This document shows positions 60,321 through 64,000 of a stretch of 64,000 bases of DNA, piece by piece. Location of the stretch: NCBI GenBank assembly GCA_963845565.1, contig CAWJSJ010000002.1, forward strand, positions 2,144,001-2,208,000, read 5' to 3'. The translations under genes were made by a program, and so were the position numbers. How positions within the stretch are numbered: position 1 is the stretch's first letter; the number at the start of each line of letters is the position of its first letter. Origin of the DNA: an uncultured Methylomirabilota bacterium. Its GTDB lineage: Bacteria; Methylomirabilota; Methylomirabilia; Methylomirabilales; 2-02-FULL-66-22. The notes beneath the pieces were generated by a model. The model worked only from the letters and a program-made list of their open reading frames with translations, ran no database searches and was not told where the DNA came from.

Positions 60321-60821
60321 ATGGCGACACGTGAGGAACTGATCGGGCGGGCCGGGGAGTTGGCTCATCACAACGAGATGACGTTTCTTGGGTGAACGCA
60401 GGCCGTGCTTGCAGCTTTGCAAGCCAGCATCGGCGGGATCGATCAATCGGTGTTCAAGGCCGGGACCTGTCTGTCCGGCGGTGTGGTCGGACGCGGCGAG
60501 ACCTGCGGGGCGCTCACCGGCGGCCTGATGGCCATCGGCAGCGAGGTGGGGCGCGAGCGGCTGGAAGACACGCCGCAACTCAAGAAGGCGCGCGTCCCCG
60601 GCACCGAGATGTATCTTCGGTTTCAAGAAGAGAACGGTCACACGCAATGCGCCGAGATCCATAAACTGAAGTTCGGCCGCACCTACCGCCTGTACGATCC
60701 GGAGGACTTGAAGGCGTTCCACGAGATCGGCGGTCACGGCCCCGAGGGCTGCCCCGTGGTCTGCCAGAGCGCCGCCCGGATCGCCGCCGACATCATCCTG
60801 CGGCTGCGGGAGGTGGGGTAA
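60321..60821 (+). CDS. C-GCAxxG-C-C family redox protein, probable selenoprotein (UGA at 60393)
   Basis: MATREEL...FLG-UGA-TQAVLAALQ...GETCGALTGG...QCAEI...CPVVC, all in one frame. The UGA sits at the first conserved Cys. SECIS-like hairpin 11 nt downstream. Confidence 0.8.
60407..60424 (+). promoter_or_regulatory. Putative bacterial SECIS element
   Basis: GCTTGCA-GCTT-TGCAAGC stem-loop starting 11 nt after the UGA, with G first in the loop. Confidence 0.6.
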
Positions 60822-60992
60822 GGAGCGGCAGGCCGACGGGTCTTCCGTCGGCGCAACACAACCGCAGGTCCCGCTCGGACGACCGTTCGTGGCCGGCCGA
60901 ACGCGTAACATGAGCTGCAGCCACCGGCTCGCCGGTGGCTGGCCGTTCGATGGAAAAGTTCGGTTTCGTCGAACAACGCAGATGCCGACGCT

Positions 60993-61310
60993 TCACGCAG
61001 CCTCTGCGTGCAGGCGCACGCCCAGCGCGCGTGCCACTTTGAGGATGGTTGCGAAGCTCGGATTGCCGCTCTCGCTCAGGGCCTTGTACAGGCTCTCCCG
61101 ACTCAGACCGGCATCCCGAGCGACCTGTGACATGCCCTTTGCGCGGGCGATGTCGCCGAGCGCGCGGGCGATGCCCGCCACGTCGTCGGGGGCTTCGGTG
61201 AGCCAGGCATCGAGATACGCGGCCATCTCCTCAGGTGTTCGCAGTTGCTCGGCCACATCGTATGGCACGGTCTTGGTCTTCGCGGATGTCTTCGTTACGG
61301 TTTTTACCAT
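60993..61310 (-). CDS. Addiction-module antidote (HTH antitoxin)
   Basis: YDVAEQL, ALGDIARAKGMSQVA..AGLSRESLYKALS..GNPSF.TILKV. Confidence 0.9.
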   Translation of the reverse strand: MVKTVTKTSAKTKTVPYDVAEQLRTPEEMAAYLDAWLTEAPDDVAGIARALGDIARAKGMSQVARDAGLSRESLYKALSESGNPSFATILKVARALGVRLHAEAA

Positions 61311-61322
61311 CTTGACCTACTC

Positions 61323-61610
61323 CTATAGGTTCCCGGCGAGCGCAGTGGCCTTCTTGATGTCCTGATCCTGTGTGGACTTATCGCCGCCCGCCAGAAGCAC
61401 AATGAGTTCGCTACCCCGCTCGGTGTAGTAGACTCGGTACCCGGGACCGAAGTCGATCTTCAGTTCGGACACGCCACCGGTCAGGTTCCGATGCTGGCCT
61501 GGGTTGCCATGGACCAGTCGATCGACCCGCACTTGGATGCGTGCGCGAGCTGCGCTATCCGTGAGAGTGTCGATCCAATCGCGGTAGACCTCGGTCATCC
61601 GGACGCGCAT
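61323..61610 (-). CDS. RelE/ParE-family addiction-module toxin
   Basis: W...L.D..ARARI..R..RL..GN.G, GVSELKIDFGPGYRVYY, LLAGGDKSTQ..DI. Confidence 0.9.
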   Translation of the reverse strand: MRVRMTEVYRDWIDTLTDSAARARIQVRVDRLVHGNPGQHRNLTGGVSELKIDFGPGYRVYYTERGSELIVLLAGGDKSTQDQDIKKATALAGNL

Positions 61611-61616
61611 GCGCAG

Positions 61617-61644
61617 AGTGTATCCTATACGCTACATATGTCAA
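61617..61644 (-). promoter_or_regulatory. Promoter/operator of the RelE-type TA operon (likely leaderless transcript)
   Basis: TTGACA-N16-TACACT ending 6 nt before ATG. TGTA-N10-TACA dyad within it. Confidence 0.55.
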
Positions 61645-61835
61645 GCTCTCGGTGTGCAGGGTTGAGGACCGAACGTACTGCGGACTAGTAGGGGACCTTG
61701 CCAAGCAAGACAGTCCTGGCTGGCTTGGCTCTTGCCATGCCCCGTGACGCGGCATCACTGCGTCGGGCGCCTCGTCCAGAATCGGTACAAATCCATCGGA
61801 GGGCTGCCTGCGGATGCGTGTGTTAGTGCTCAGCC

Positions 61836-62171
61836 TCAGTAGATGCACGCATCGAGTATCGACAGCACTTCCTGCAGCACGGGTTCCGGCGCGTGTCCGA
61901 GGCGCTTCACGTTCCGAGACCGGAAGTCGATCGACTTGACCTGCTCGACGATGACAACGCTGGTAACGTCCTGCCCGTCAGGGATCGACACGTGGAAGGG
62001 GTAGTCGCGCCGAGTGTTGGTGATGGGGAAGGCGATGCAAAGACCCGTGTGCCGGTTGAACAGATCGTTGCTCACCACGAGAGCAGGCCGACGGCTGTGC
62101 TGCTCGTGACCGGACTGAGGGTCGGAGGTGACCGTGATGAAGTCCCCCTTGCGCGGGACGTAGGTCGCGAT
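61836..62171 (-). pseudogene. PemK/MazF toxin lacking a canonical start codon
   Basis: Frame reads ATC-ATYVPRKGDFITVTSDPQSGHEQHSRRPALVVSN...PITN...QVKSIDF..R. The first codon is ATC. Confidence 0.7.
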
Positions 62172-62420
62172 CTACCAGACCTCCCGGCCAACCGGAGGCC
62201 TCCAGGCGAGCTGTTCAGGCTTGTAACCCTTGGGGATGCGGCTGACTAGCTGTCTGAGATCGCATCCGCCCCTGACGCGGCGAACGGGCGTGACGACGAG
62301 GGCCCCGTCGCGAAACGCCACGTGGACGGCATCCCCGACAGCGATCTCGGCGTCCACGAGCAGATCCTTGCTCAGGCGCACGCCCTGGCTGTTGCCCCAT
62401 TTCTGGACTTTGGTGATCAT
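62172..62420 (-). CDS. AbrB/MazE/SpoVT antitoxin
   Basis: MITKVQKWGNSQGVRL, C-terminal W..PVGREVW. GGAGG RBS. Upstream dyad ATGGCTA-N9-TAGCCAT (62434-62456). Confidence 0.9.
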   Translation of the reverse strand: MITKVQKWGNSQGVRLSKDLLVDAEIAVGDAVHVAFRDGALVVTPVRRVRGGCDLRQLVSRIPKGYKPEQLAWRPPVGREVW

Positions 62421-62673
62421 GACTCCACCTCCAATGGCTATCCGAAGTGTAGCCATCAATGCCATCTGGGGCAAGGTCGATTCCGCGAAGGAGTCGCGAA
62501 TCGTGTGGCGGCCCCGAAAGGCCGGAGGCCGGAGGCGTGCGTCTGCGGAGCGGATACGACTTCATCTTCTTCGCTCCCGGGTTTTGGGTTGACATGGGTC
62601 GCGCGATCAGCATACGCTTTCACCGCCGCAGCCATAGACGCCCTCGACTCAACACGAAACAAGGAGGTTTCGA

Positions 62674-64000
62674 ATGGCTAAGCGACCGCTTGCGTGGACG
62701 GTACTGCCCCTGGTGATCCTCCTGCTCGGATCGGCTCCCACCTGGGCGGGTGAGACGCCCGTCCGCGGCGGCACACTGCGGTACGCCATGATCGACACCC
62801 CGCCCTCGCTCGACGCGCACATCCTGACCGCCACCCTGAGCACCACCGTGAGCCAGCACTTCCTCGAGACGCTGTTCACCTTCACCGAGAACTACGAGCC
62901 GGTCCCCTTCCTGGCCAAGGGCGCGGAGGTGCGCGACGGCGGCAAGCTCATCCTGATCCAGCTCCGCCAGGGGGTGCTGTTTCACAACGGCAAGGAGATG
63001 ACCTCCGACGACGTGGTGGCCTCGTTGAATCGCTGGGGCAAGTTCGGGGCGCGTGCGCCGGCGCTCTTCCAGCAGGTAGAGCGCGTCAGCGCGGACGGCA
63101 AGTACGGCGTCCGCATCCAGCTGAAGAATCCCTTCGCCCCCTGGGCCACACATGCTCGCCTATGCCAACGGCGGGCCGACGATCTTCCCCAAGGAGGTCA
63201 TGGAGAACGCCACCAAGGAGCCCATCGCTCCCAAGGACTACATCGGCACCGGGCCGTATCGGTTCGTCGAGTGGAAGGCCGGCCACGAGATCATCCTGGA
63301 GCGGTTCGACAAGTACGCGAAGCGCACCGAGAAGCCCGACGGCTACGCCGGCGAGCGCACGGCCTACTTCGACAAGATCATCTTCGTCCCGGTATCGGAC
63401 CCGGGGACCCGCGTGAACGGGACCAAGGCGGGGGAGTACGATTACGCCGAGAACATCCCGGGGGACCTCTTCGAGGGCCTCGACAAGGATTCGAGCGTCC
63501 GGACCATGATCCGGAAGGCGGCGGGCTTCGGCGAGCTCTTCTTCAACCAGAAGGAGGGCATGATGACCAATCCGAAGCTTCGCCAGGCCATGCTGGCCGC
63601 CACCAGCATGGAGCCGGTGCTGCAGGCGTCGTTCGGCCCGGAGAAGCTCTGGGCGGTCAACGGCGCCCTGATGTCCCCGGGCACCAAGTGGTACACGAAG
63701 GTCGGACTGGAGGGCTACAGCCAGAACAATCCAGACCAAGGCCAAGGCGCTGGCCAAGGAGGCGGGGTACAAGGGGGAACCCATCCGCTACATGGTCACC
63801 ACCTCCTACGCCGACCACTACACCGCCAGCGTCGTGCTGGCGAAGCAGCTCAAGGACGCGGGCTTCAACATCGACTTGCAGATCTACGACTGGGCCACCC
63901 TGGTCTCGCGGCGCGCGCAGCCCGGGCTCTGGGACGTGTACTTCACCACCCACGGGTTCGTGCCGGATCCGATCCTCTTCACCTTCATGAATCCGACCTA
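62674..64000 (+). CDS. Family 5 ABC solute-binding protein, partial, +1 frameshifts near 63150 and 63737
   Basis: Signal peptide, RGGTLRYA, LRQGV.FHNG, DDVVASL.RW. Next frame gives IGTGPYRF. Third frame gives KAKALAKEAGYKGEPI. Confidence 0.82.

Noticed and set aside
62172..62174. Pyrrolysine or readthrough fusion of antitoxin and toxin at TAG
   Set aside because: The antitoxin ends in the normal GREVW terminus. A lost start codon is the simpler explanation.

Overview
High-GC bacterial chromosomal window with no prophage, CRISPR array or rRNA. The gene content resembles Methylomirabilota/Rokubacteria or deltaproteobacteria (inference only). The left half is mostly housekeeping: xerD, two glycosyltransferases, dtd, an octaheme cytochrome c lipoprotein, a LysM lytic transglycosylase, cutA, a DegP-type protease, a dnaK-hsp20-hsp20-dnaJ-hspR-htpX heat-shock locus, proC-yggT-divIVA-DUF167, thrB, uvrC, glgP, tRNA-Val(CAC), a DD-carboxypeptidase and a MacAB-type exporter. 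The right half is a catabolic/transport region with PLP enzymes, an amidohydrolase, two CUT1 ABC cassettes, an aldehyde:ferredoxin oxidoreductase, an SDR, a probable selenoprotein and two toxin-antitoxin pairs. The standout is 20.1-25.7 kb on the minus strand: a sigma54-dependent response regulator, then a -24/-12 promoter, then three identical 44-aa signal-peptide ORFs missed by the ORF track (MKKLIVLALVVLGLLAIVPAMELQSSTQVFSRVGMAEGDGGGGE), then a terminator, then an orphan Opp/Dpp-type binding protein translationally coupled to a HAMP histidine kinase. This looks like a self-contained peptide autoinducer circuit with LuxP/LuxQ/LuxO-like architecture. Other observations: a UGA plus SECIS-like hairpin selenoprotein, two MITE-like families located at gene stops, a catalytically degenerate GAF-PilB/GspE ATPase, and five +1 frameshifts between 46.8 and 63.8 kb that are probably sequencing errors.
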